From sequence record MT884012.2: a stretch of 44,700 nucleotides of DNA; one strand, 5' to 3'. The position numbers were made by a program, and so were the translations under genes. Below the pieces are notes generated by a model that had not been told where the DNA came from, did not search any database, and saw only the letters and a list, made by a program, of their open reading frames with translations. Shown here in pieces: positions 35,927-43,307 of the stretch; the stretch's first letter is position 1, and each line of letters opens with the position of its first letter. The DNA comes from Escherichia phage vb_EcoS_bov11C2.

Positions 35927-36445
35927 TTAATCTTCCAGTTCGAAATAGGTTTCGACGATTTCTTTTAACTCTGTGTGGAAGTCTTCGACGTCGTCATCTT
36001 CCAGCTTGGCGATTGATTTGATCTCGAACGATTCCAGCAGGTCGTCGAATTCGTCGTTCGCGTCGTCGTCATCACCCCCGGCAATAATAGCGGCATACTG
36101 TTTGATCTCGTCGCGCATCTCTGCCAGCGGATCGGCATCTTTCTTACCTTTGCCTTTCGCCGGGGCTTTTTTACCCTTCGCAGGTTTTTCGTCTTCGGCT
36201 TCTTCATCGTCGTCATCTTCTACGACTTCTTTTTTGGACTTACCTTTCGCCGGGGCTTTTTTAGATTTAGCCGGTTTTTCGTCTTCGGCTTCATCGTCGC
36301 CATCTTCGACAACTTCTTTTTTCGCCTTAGACGGCTTCTTGTCTTCCTGTTTACCAACGGCAGCGCCAACGGTTTCATAATGCTTTGCAATGGTTTCCAG
36401 TGCTACTACGCCGCGAGTGATCAGGTTTACGATTTGCTCAAACAT
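35927..36445 (-). CDS. highly charged tandem-repeat protein, first gene of the leftward early operon
   Basis: ATG 36445 with RBS GGAG; two 29-aa tandem repeats (KKEVVEDGDDEAEDEKPAKSKKAPAKGKS) and acidic C-terminus. Confidence 0.5.
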   Translation of the reverse strand: MFEQIVNLITRGVVALETIAKHYETVGAAVGKQEDKKPSKAKKEVVEDGDDEAEDEKPAKSKKAPAKGKSKKEVVEDDDDEEAEDEKPAKGKKAPAKGKGKKDADPLAEMRDEIKQYAAIIAGGDDDDANDEFDDLLESFEIKSIAKLEDDDVEDFHTELKEIVETYFELED

Positions 36446-36641
36446 GGTATATCTCCGATTGGTTAAGTTTAGGTGTCGGCAGTTAACTTCGTCGGTGGCC
36501 TTAACATATTGCCAGGTTACGCGTTCTCCCGTTCGGGTAGTGGACCTGGTTATATAATCACGGTTGGGAATCCTGACACTTCGATCCGGCCCCTGCGTTG
36601 CCCCTCTCCAGTTTGCGTCCTGCATCCTGTCGACGGGGTGA

Positions 36642-36671
36642 ATAATAGATTGGTTGCAGGATGGGTGTCAA
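36642..36671 (-). promoter_or_regulatory. strong sigma70-like early-left promoter
   Basis: Minus strand TTGACA (36666-36671), 18-nt spacer containing TGCAACCAAT, TATTAT (36642-36647); about 190-nt leader to ATG 36445. Confidence 0.55.
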
Positions 36672-36682
36672 CAACTAATTTC

Positions 36683-36742
36683 AAAAAAAAAAGCGCCGAG
36701 GCAAAATGCGACGGCGCTAACCAATAAGAGACAATGAGACGG
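36683..36742 (-). ncRNA. candidate small RNA (orphan promoter plus strong terminator)
   Basis: Minus-strand terminator AGCGCCG-13nt loop-CGGCGCT followed by U10 (36683-36718) with no upstream gene on that strand; TTGAAA-N16-TAATAA promoter at 36749-36776. Confidence 0.25.
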
Positions 36743-36788
36743 GAATTATTATTACACGCGTGCGCGCCCGTTTCAATATCCAAAGGAT

Positions 36789-36834
36789 TTGACACCGTGC
36801 AGTTTTGGGTGTAGTTTCGTTGGTCATTAACCAA
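36789..36834 (+). promoter_or_regulatory. early-right promoter with inverted repeat at the start site
   Basis: TTGACA (36789-36794), 17-nt spacer, TAGTTT (36812-36817), then TTGGTcattaACCAA (36820-36834) before RBS GAGGG and ATG 36849. Confidence 0.45.
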
Positions 36835-36848
36835 CTGAGGGCAGAGCA

Positions 36849-37178
36849 ATGAATGTAAACGACGCAATCGAAATGTTAACGAAGACTGTTTGCAGTGAGA
36901 CAAGCCGGTCATGGGCATACACCGATGCCGTAGGGGCTGTGTTATTTGAAATCGAACGACTGCGCAGTATCGAAAAAGAATTGCGCGCCAGGCTGGAACT
37001 ACTCAACGGTACAGCAGCAAGCAAGCTGCAAAAACACAATGAAGAAATGGAAGAATACAAAAAGCAGGTTATCCGTTTGCGCGCCGAGGGCAAATCCTGG
37101 GCGATGATTGCTGAGTTGACCGGAATTAATCAGAGCACAGTTCGCTCCTGGGTACGCAATAATAAAACTTCTAAGTAA
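36849..37178 (+). CDS. HTH DNA-binding protein, candidate early regulator
   Basis: C-terminal helix-turn-helix SWAMIAELTGINQSTVRSWVRN; first gene of the rightward operon. Confidence 0.55.
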   Translation: MNVNDAIEMLTKTVCSETSRSWAYTDAVGAVLFEIERLRSIEKELRARLELLNGTAASKLQKHNEEMEEYKKQVIRLRAEGKSWAMIAELTGINQSTVRSWVRNNKTSK

Positions 37179-37188
37179 GGCCGCGGCA

Positions 37189-39453
37189 ATGAGCTTAATT
37201 AAATTCGCTGTAACAAAACCCGCTAAAAAAGGCGAAAAAGCCAGGGCGGAAAACTTCCAGATGACGACCGATGAGTTTTTCGAATTTATCAAAGATGCGA
37301 AAGAAATATCCTCGGTGCATATCAACAAGACGGAAGATAAAGCCGAGTATGCGCGCCGCAAGCGTAAGGCCGATGGCATCGTGGCGTATACCAGTGACGG
37401 ATTGCGTCGTAAGACCAGTGCGGTGGACCGCTCGATCCTGTTCTTTGATATTGACCGCACCGACACCCGCACCCTGCGCCGCTGCCGTAAGGCGTTCATC
37501 GACGCGGGTCTGGAACACGTATTTCACACCACCACCGGCGACCGCCACCCGCTGAAGGGCGGCACGCGTTGCGCCCGTTTCCTGGTGCTCACTGACAAGC
37601 CTGTACCGGCTGAAGACCTGGGCCGCGTACAATATGCACTATTACACCAACTGGGTCTGTCAGATGTGGACTTCGACGATTGCACGAAAGACACAAACCG
37701 CCTGATGTACCTGCCACACCAGCAGTCTGTTATTAAGTGCCACTATGGCAAGCGCGCCAATGTGCGTCGTCTACTCCGTCGGGCGGACAAGCTGGGGGTG
37801 GAAAAAGAGGAAGTACGCCGCGAGCTTACCCAGGGCGACGACGCAGTGGCAGACGGCATTCTGGACTGGTGCTTCCAGGCCGGATTCGAGGAGTTATCTT
37901 CTGGTCGTGGTTATGAAGTGCCGTGTCCTAACGAACATCTGCACAGCGGCGAAGGGTCGACGGCTATCATGGTCAAGGATGGTGAGATCCGTTTCAAGTG
38001 TATGCACACTGGCAACGAGTGTTGCTCGGAACTGAACAGACACCAGCACCTGGCGCTACGTCTTATCGGGATCCCGGACCACCTGAACGTCGAACCGCAC
38101 AACATGTCACGTAAGCAAATCGCCGCCATCCTCCCAGGACTGGACGACGAGGAAGTGGAATCATGCTATGCGCATATCGTTGATGCGGTCGGAGACGGCG
38201 ACGAGTACGGCGTATGTACCGACGCTGACCTGGATAACGAACCGGTCGCACTGTTCAGTAAGCACGACCCTATCATCGAGGGGTTGATTAACTTTAAATC
38301 GACCTGGTATATGGCTGGCGAGTCTAACATCGGTAAATCGTTCTACGTGCTGGGCCAAATGGGCGCTGTTGCCGCGGGTATTCCGTTCGGCGGTGCGAAG
38401 GTCGTCCAGTCTCATTGCTTCTATTTCGACGCGGAAGGTGGCGAAGCCTCCAACCAGCGTAAGGAAGCATTGCAGATCAAATATGAGCACGACCTGGACA
38501 AGCTGCACATTATCGATCTGCAATCACGCGGCTGGGATATCACCAGCAAGTCCGGCTTGCGTGAAGTTATCAGCTTCATCAACCGCACCGCTAACGGCGA
38601 ACCGGTTGGCCTGGTGGCGTTCGACTCACTCAACCAGACGGTTGCGTTGCGGTCCGCCGATGCCAAACCGTTCGACGAGAACAACGCCAGCGATATGGGC
38701 GAAGTGGTCAAAGCGCTGAAGGCCATCGCGGAAAATACAGGCGGCAGCGCGGGCGTCATCCACCACCCGGCGAAGGGTGCAAACGGCAGCAGATCTCCCC
38801 GTGGGTCCGGTGCGCTGCATGGTGCTGTCGATTCTGCGTTCTTCCTGGAGCAACCAGACGACAACCAGCCCGGACAACTGAACCTGTATCACGAGAAGGC
38901 ACGTAACGGCATCAAGCAAGCGCCGCGCGGCTTCGTCCTGCTCAAGTGCAAGGTGAAGGTGGATCTCCGCAAGTCCGAGGCGTTCGAGGCACACCAGTCC
39001 ACCAGCACAGGGCCGGACTTCGGCGATGTAGTTGCCGGTTGGGACGTCAAGCCAATTGCATCCACGCCACGCGACGAGACTCTTTACCTCGTACCGGTCG
39101 CCCTGGCACCGTTCGCCATCGAACAGGCGAAGGCCGCGGGCAAGGCCGCAGTTAAGGAGGAGAACGCCGCAGGACCGCGCAACGAAAAAGAGAAAGTGCT
39201 TTATGCGGCACTGGAAAAACTGATGGAAGATAACCCGGACCATACCGGATTCAGTAAATCGGCAATTGTACGCCAGGCGGGATTGGCAAAAGGCGGCACA
39301 TCGACGAAGGCAATCGACGATATGGTCGAGCGCGGCGTGCTCGGTTTTTATACAGATCCGCACACCGGGGCCATCTATGGGTCGTCAAATATCGTCATCA
39401 AAACGAATATACCCATCACGCTTTCGGCGACCGATGACGACCTGAAAGATTAA
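37189..39453 (+). CDS. primase-helicase (AEP-type primase-polymerase N-domain fused to RecA/DnaB-like ATPase)
   Basis: N-terminal hydrophobic DxD motif LFFDIDRTD; central Walker A GESNIGKS and Walker B VGLVAFDSLNQ; 754 aa. Confidence 0.7.
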   Translation: MSLIKFAVTKPAKKGEKARAENFQMTTDEFFEFIKDAKEISSVHINKTEDKAEYARRKRKADGIVAYTSDGLRRKTSAVDRSILFFDIDRTDTRTLRRCRKAFIDAGLEHVFHTTTGDRHPLKGGTRCARFLVLTDKPVPAEDLGRVQYALLHQLGLSDVDFDDCTKDTNRLMYLPHQQSVIKCHYGKRANVRRLLRRADKLGVEKEEVRRELTQGDDAVADGILDWCFQAGFEELSSGRGYEVPCPNEHLHSGEGSTAIMVKDGEIRFKCMHTGNECCSELNRHQHLALRLIGIPDHLNVEPHNMSRKQIAAILPGLDDEEVESCYAHIVDAVGDGDEYGVCTDADLDNEPVALFSKHDPIIEGLINFKSTWYMAGESNIGKSFYVLGQMGAVAAGIPFGGAKVVQSHCFYFDAEGGEASNQRKEALQIKYEHDLDKLHIIDLQSRGWDITSKSGLREVISFINRTANGEPVGLVAFDSLNQTVALRSADAKPFDENNASDMGEVVKALKAIAENTGGSAGVIHHPAKGANGSRSPRGSGALHGAVDSAFFLEQPDDNQPGQLNLYHEKARNGIKQAPRGFVLLKCKVKVDLRKSEAFEAHQSTSTGPDFGDVVAGWDVKPIASTPRDETLYLVPVALAPFAIEQAKAAGKAAVKEENAAGPRNEKEKVLYAALEKLMEDNPDHTGFSKSAIVRQAGLAKGGTSTKAIDDMVERGVLGFYTDPHTGAIYGSSNIVIKTNIPITLSATDDDLKD

Positions 39454-39548
39454 AATTTGCGCGCATTGGTTGCCGTTTTAAGTGTTTTTATCTGGTCGTA
39501 TTGGTTGCCGTGTAGTGTAGATATAATGAATAGTTATGCATTGAAACT

Positions 39549-39716
39549 GCATAAACTAAGCGGGACAAAAAGCGGGACAAACAAGGGGCGGGACAAAGCG
39601 GGACAGCACCCCCGTCCCGCCCCGGATGACGCGGCTTCCAGAGGAGCGGGACAGCGGGACAGCACCCCAGTCTTTCAGACTAGACGGGGGTCAACGGCCC
39701 CCCTCGTCTGAGACTG
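39549..39716. repeat. GGGACA iteron array R2 (copy of R1 units)
   Basis: 70-bp unit 39549-39618 and 52-bp hairpin unit 39665-39716 each differ by 1 nt from R1; six GGGACA copies. Confidence 0.85.
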
Positions 39717-39876
39717 AATAAAATCCGGGGATTGCAAAACACACGGCAGCATGATGCGAAGTGCGGTCGCGGATGAACTAGGCAACCAATGCTAGTAGCA
39801 TTATGCTGAGTGAAAAATGCGGTTTGCAGTTGCAGCAGATAGCGATCAACTTTTTCATGCGCGTGATTAATATTGG

Positions 39877-39921
39877 TTGCATCCGCCCAGGCACCCTGCT
39901 ATATTGGTTGCACACCAACAG
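39877..39921 (+). promoter_or_regulatory. sigma70-like promoter with ATTGGTTGCA pair and operator-like inverted repeat
   Basis: TTGCAT (39877-39882), 17-nt spacer, TATATT (39900-39905), TTGGTTGCACACCAA at the predicted start, then RBS AGGAGG and ATG 39933. Confidence 0.5.
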
Positions 39922-39932
39922 GAGGGCGGAAC

Positions 39933-40112
39933 ATGAAAACCGAAATGGTTAATAAGCGCGAAATCAAGATCGGCGATACGGTAGTCCACAACGGGGAGCT
40001 TCGCACTGTGTGCAAGCGAGCGTTTAGCATCGATGGATTTATGGGCCTGCTACTTTGGGGCGACAGCTATCGTTTAGGGCATAAACTGGTTGAGAGGGTT
40101 ACGGAACTATGA
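39933..40112 (+). CDS. hypothetical protein
   Basis: ATG 39933 with RBS AGGAGG; 59 aa. Confidence 0.45.
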   Translation: MKTEMVNKREIKIGDTVVHNGELRTVCKRAFSIDGFMGLLLWGDSYRLGHKLVERVTEL

Positions 40113-40435
40113 AATCGATTATCTGGAATTACGCAATGGCTATGGCGGCGGCACAAGAAGCGGCGGAGTTCGCCGGTGAAGGAGCGGAAGCGGTCGAAAG
40201 ACTAGCGGCAGCGTGGTCCGTTGTTCGCGTAACGCAGCAGGCCATCGCCTGTATGCTTGAGCGCCGCTTCGACACGATGGCGGAGATCCAGCCGTTGGCG
40301 AACGCTATCCAGGACTACGCGCTTGCATTTGCCCGTGAGCGCCTGGCTTATCGCTTCGGGATCGGTGAGACGGCAGCGACAAACGTTGCCCGGATTAAAG
40401 CCCAGCGCGAACTATTCGCCCAGCTTGCGAAATAA
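40109..40435 (+). CDS. hypothetical protein
   Basis: ATGA overlap with the upstream gene; 108 aa, Ala-rich. Confidence 0.5.
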   Translation: MKSIIWNYAMAMAAAQEAAEFAGEGAEAVERLAAAWSVVRVTQQAIACMLERRFDTMAEIQPLANAIQDYALAFARERLAYRFGIGETAATNVARIKAQRELFAQLAK

Positions 40436-40444
40436 GGGGCCAAA

Positions 40445-40714
40445 ATGAGCCGTAGACGAGCCAAACAGCTTTCGTGGCATATTCCCCTGCATTGCATACG
40501 AATATGGGCTAAGAATGCGACTGAGGGCGATTCTGTATTATGGTGTTATCGCGATGACGTTAAGCCGTTAACGCAGACTCGCTACTTGCACCAGTTCGCA
40601 GCACAACACGATTTCAGGGTGCGGACTTCCTTGCAACCAATGGGAATACGTATTACATTACGCCGAAAGCCAGCCATTGAGCGGGTAGGCAAACACTGGA
40701 GACTGAGCAAATGA
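40445..40714 (+). CDS. hypothetical protein
   Basis: 89 aa ORF in the early-right operon series. Confidence 0.45.
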   Translation: MSRRRAKQLSWHIPLHCIRIWAKNATEGDSVLWCYRDDVKPLTQTRYLHQFAAQHDFRVRTSLQPMGIRITLRRKPAIERVGKHWRLSK

Positions 40715-40863
40715 CACCAATGCAAATAACGCTAATGGCAGGGTATTCGCAGCAATTCGTAGACCTGTTATCTTGCATAGCGGACTATGAGATGGACGGC
40801 ATCGCTACGGTGTGCGATGGCGACACGAAGACTGTCGACGAGATTGAGGAGACTGAGCAATGA
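40711..40863 (+). CDS. small hypothetical protein (50 aa)
   Basis: Not in track; ATG 40711 with RBS GGAGA; ATGA-coupled at both ends. Confidence 0.3.
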   Translation: MTPMQITLMAGYSQQFVDLLSCIADYEMDGIATVCDGDTKTVDEIEETEQ

Positions 40864-41414
40864 AATTACTATTCCGCCGTAAGCACGATGGCCGCATCCT
40901 GAAGCCGATCCAGACCCTTGAGGCGCACGTCCGTTTGCACCACGAAGCAAGCGATCGCGTCTGGTGGGCGAAGAAAGACAAGCTGCCGGAAAACTTCGAC
41001 GTACTCACACACGATATTGCGCGCGGCGATGTGCTGCGTGACCTTCGCGACGGGCAATTGTGGGTTGTGGAGCACACCTCCCAGCTCGGCTTGCGGTTGA
41101 AGTCCGGTATCTTGTTGAAGGGGATGACGTACTTCGGCCTCGTAAATTACGAGCGAGTGGGTCGCAAATACAGCCTTCGGGACCGCCAGCCTCATGAGCG
41201 CGTGGAGTTCCGCAAGTCGCAGCCCGCGTATGCCACTTACGACGCGAGCAAAGTGATGGAGCCGATCCGCCAGGCCACGCGTGAGAGAGTCAATCGCTTT
41301 GATGCCGTGACGAATGCACAGCGCCATGCGCAGGAATACGGCGTTGGATTCATCCGTGTCGAACCAGACGGCAGCATGAAGGCCATCGACCCGCGCTCGG
41401 TGATTCTGAAATGA
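40860..41414 (+). CDS. hypothetical protein
   Basis: 184 aa; same RBS-start module GGAGACTGAGCAA-ATG as at 40698. Confidence 0.5.
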   Translation: MKLLFRRKHDGRILKPIQTLEAHVRLHHEASDRVWWAKKDKLPENFDVLTHDIARGDVLRDLRDGQLWVVEHTSQLGLRLKSGILLKGMTYFGLVNYERVGRKYSLRDRQPHERVEFRKSQPAYATYDASKVMEPIRQATRERVNRFDAVTNAQRHAQEYGVGFIRVEPDGSMKAIDPRSVILK

Positions 41415-41551
41415 GTGCGACTATCCGTGATATGCTGATGCACAACCGCTTTGAGATAGGCGGTCGGGTGTTTCGCAATTACTTCGTGGCGCGTGCCTGG
41501 GCGCGCCATATTGGCAAACCAGAGGGGGCAATACGATGCTACACGATTTGA
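41411..41551 (+). CDS. small hypothetical protein (46 aa)
   Basis: Not in track; ATGA overlap with the upstream gene; ends just after the next ATG. Confidence 0.3.
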   Translation: MSATIRDMLMHNRFEIGGRVFRNYFVARAWARHIGKPEGAIRCYTI

Positions 41552-41823
41552 TTTATTGGTTTGGTATGGCCAGCATGTTATGCCTGATCACGGCAGGGCT
41601 TGGCGCGATATGGGTATTCCTGGTATGGCCCGCGGTGGAAGCTGCCAGTATTACCCGCATGACGTTCCAGATATACAAGCGCCGTGGCATCACGGAGCAC
41701 CCGACCAGGTTGCGCATGTGGTGGCTATGGTATCGGGATATGATAGGGGGCCGGATGTTCGAGGCCGTCCGATCGGAAGGGTGGGAGTGGAAAGGCGTCG
41801 GCAAGTGGTCCATTTTCGATTAA
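41536..41823 (+). CDS. membrane protein
   Basis: RBS AGAGGGGG; N-terminal hydrophobic stretch of about 30 aa; last gene before the terminator. Confidence 0.5.
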   Translation: MLHDLIYWFGMASMLCLITAGLGAIWVFLVWPAVEAASITRMTFQIYKRRGITEHPTRLRMWWLWYRDMIGGRMFEAVRSEGWEWKGVGKWSIFD

Positions 41824-41840
41824 TTATGCAAGCGTGATAT

Positions 41841-41876
41841 AGTCCCAGTGAGCTAAAACTTACTGGGACTTTTTTT
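41841..41876 (+). terminator. intrinsic terminator abutting the lysis cassette start
   Basis: Perfect 9-bp stem AGTCCCAGT / ACTGGGACT with 12-nt loop, then T7 running into ATG 41877. Confidence 0.7.
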
Positions 41877-42167
41877 ATGGATAAGCTAAACGAGTGGTTA
41901 TTTGCCATCGCATGTCTGGCTGGCGGCTTCGTAGGCGCACGCATTCATGGTGAGGCTACGAAGGGGCCGCTAAACTTTGTTTTGTATGTTGTAGTTGGCT
42001 TCCTGTGTGCCATATTTGGCGCACCGGCTATCGCTGAGTGGGCTGGTTTGTCGGGTGAGCGCACTGTCGCCGGTTTAGGCTTCGTAACCGCGATCTTCTG
42101 GATGCCAATCGCCGACCGGATCAGGGAGACTATTGCGTCGTTCCGACTTCCGGGGGGTGCAAAATGA
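41877..42167 (+). CDS. holin candidate (three predicted TM segments)
   Basis: 96 aa with three hydrophobic segments; immediately upstream of a second membrane protein and the endolysin. Confidence 0.5.
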   Translation: MDKLNEWLFAIACLAGGFVGARIHGEATKGPLNFVLYVVVGFLCAIFGAPAIAEWAGLSGERTVAGLGFVTAIFWMPIADRIRETIASFRLPGGAK

Positions 42168-42409
42168 TTATCTCCGTCCTGTTGTTTGTTATCATCGGGG
42201 CTTCGTCCCTGTTTAACGTGTATGCGCCGTCCGTCCGGGATGGCATTTTCGGTCGGGTGCTGTATCTGTTAACGGCAATGGTCTGTGTTATCGGATTGTT
42301 GCAAACAGGAGACGTATCTGATACCACCTGGACCGCGTTAATCTGGCTGTTTGCATTGCGCACGCTGCGTAATGCTGTTTTGAATGGGGTAAAACATGCG
42401 ATTCAGTGA
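42164..42409 (+). CDS. second small membrane protein (holin/antiholin candidate)
   Basis: 81 aa, two TM segments; ATGA overlap upstream; overlaps the endolysin start. Confidence 0.45.
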   Translation: MIISVLLFVIIGASSLFNVYAPSVRDGIFGRVLYLLTAMVCVIGLLQTGDVSDTTWTALIWLFALRTLRNAVLNGVKHAIQ

Positions 42410-42887
42410 CAACGGTCTGAGATTTACGGCAGCATGGGAGCAATTCAGCCCAGTGCCGTATTTCGCGACTAAGAAAGAGCAGGCCCGCGGCCTGTATACC
42501 TGGGGCTATGGTCACACCGGCACTAATCCGCCGCGGAGCATTACCCGTGCGGAGGCACTGGAGCTACTCAAGCGCGATGTGGTGTATGCCGAGAACTGGG
42601 TGAACAAGTACGCGCATAAGAGCATTAACCAGGCGCAATTCGACGCGCTGGTGGACCTGGTTATCAATGCAGGTCAAGGTCCGATCGTACCGGATGACGT
42701 CGCGAATGATTTCGATGATGCGGTCCGCCTGGGCGACTGGGCTAAGGTACGTGCTACTCTGCCGCAGTTCCGCAAGCAAGGTGGCGAAGTGCTTAAGGGT
42801 CTGGTGCGCCGTGCAATCGGCAGACAGGCGTTGTTTGATGGTAAGCAGTGGGACGTTGCCGAGAAAATCGGGCGTAACGCAGCATAA
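42396..42887 (+). CDS. endolysin (lysozyme-like muramidase)
   Basis: 163 aa; N-terminal KKEQARGLYTWGYGHTG resembles the catalytic Glu region of phage lysozyme-like enzymes; follows holin candidates. Confidence 0.65.
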   Translation: MRFSDNGLRFTAAWEQFSPVPYFATKKEQARGLYTWGYGHTGTNPPRSITRAEALELLKRDVVYAENWVNKYAHKSINQAQFDALVDLVINAGQGPIVPDDVANDFDDAVRLGDWAKVRATLPQFRKQGGEVLKGLVRRAIGRQALFDGKQWDVAEKIGRNAA

Positions 42888-42902
42888 TACGAGGAACACA
42901 GT

Positions 42903-43070
42903 ATGTTAAAAAGCATTCTTGATCATAACGCTGACGCGCTCGCAGCGCTGGCTAAAACCGAAGACCCTGGCGCACGCGCTATCATCGCGGACACTATCAG
43001 CCATGCAGGCGTCTTTGACGCGAAGCTGCCTAGCCCGCCGCCACAGGAAGAATCTGGCCCAGTGACGTAA
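42903..43070 (+). CDS. small hypothetical protein (55 aa)
   Basis: Not in track; ATG 42903 with RBS GAGGA; ends just before the terminator at 43077. Confidence 0.35.
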   Translation: MLKSILDHNADALAALAKTEDPGARAIIADTISHAGVFDAKLPSPPPQEESGPVT

Positions 43071-43076
43071 ACAATC

Positions 43077-43101
43077 AAGCCCGGTTAATTCCGGGCTTTT
43101 T
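43077..43101 (+). terminator. intrinsic terminator after lysis cassette
   Basis: AAGCCCGG-ttaatt-CCGGGCTT followed by TTTT. Confidence 0.7.
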
Positions 43102-43307
43102 ATTGCTTGACTCGCAACCAACACAGGGGCCATACTGCAACCAATCAACTGGAGGAGTAATCAAGATGGCACGTAAAGATATTTGGGTATTAGCGATCTG
43201 GACCACCGCGGCTTTTATCGGCATGGTTATTTGCGAATTGATATAGCCCGCCGCCATACGGACCGTGGTATATTGTCCACGGTCCACTAATCAGGAATTA
43301 ATTAAAT

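Noticed and set aside
35973-36380. 135-aa Ser-rich plus-strand ORF
   Set aside because: Antisense read of the repeat DNA of the charged-repeat early gene.
36470-36640. Possible tRNA in the long leader of the leftward early operon
   Set aside because: No cloverleaf could be drawn: no T-arm GTTCRANYC-type loop with flanking stems and no acceptor stem with 3' CCA context on either strand.
38626-39363. 245-aa minus-strand ORF
   Set aside because: Antisense within the primase-helicase gene; no start context.
39457-39711. 84-aa plus-strand ORF downstream of the primase-helicase gene
   Set aside because: Runs through the R2 iteron and hairpin units and starts inside a motif pair; no RBS; composition is driven by the repeats.
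40698-40864. Duplicated GGAGACTGAGCAA-ATGA module at 40698-40714 and 40848-40864
   Set aside because: Real sequence duplication, but most simply a reused RBS and start junction for two consecutive small genes rather than a separate element.
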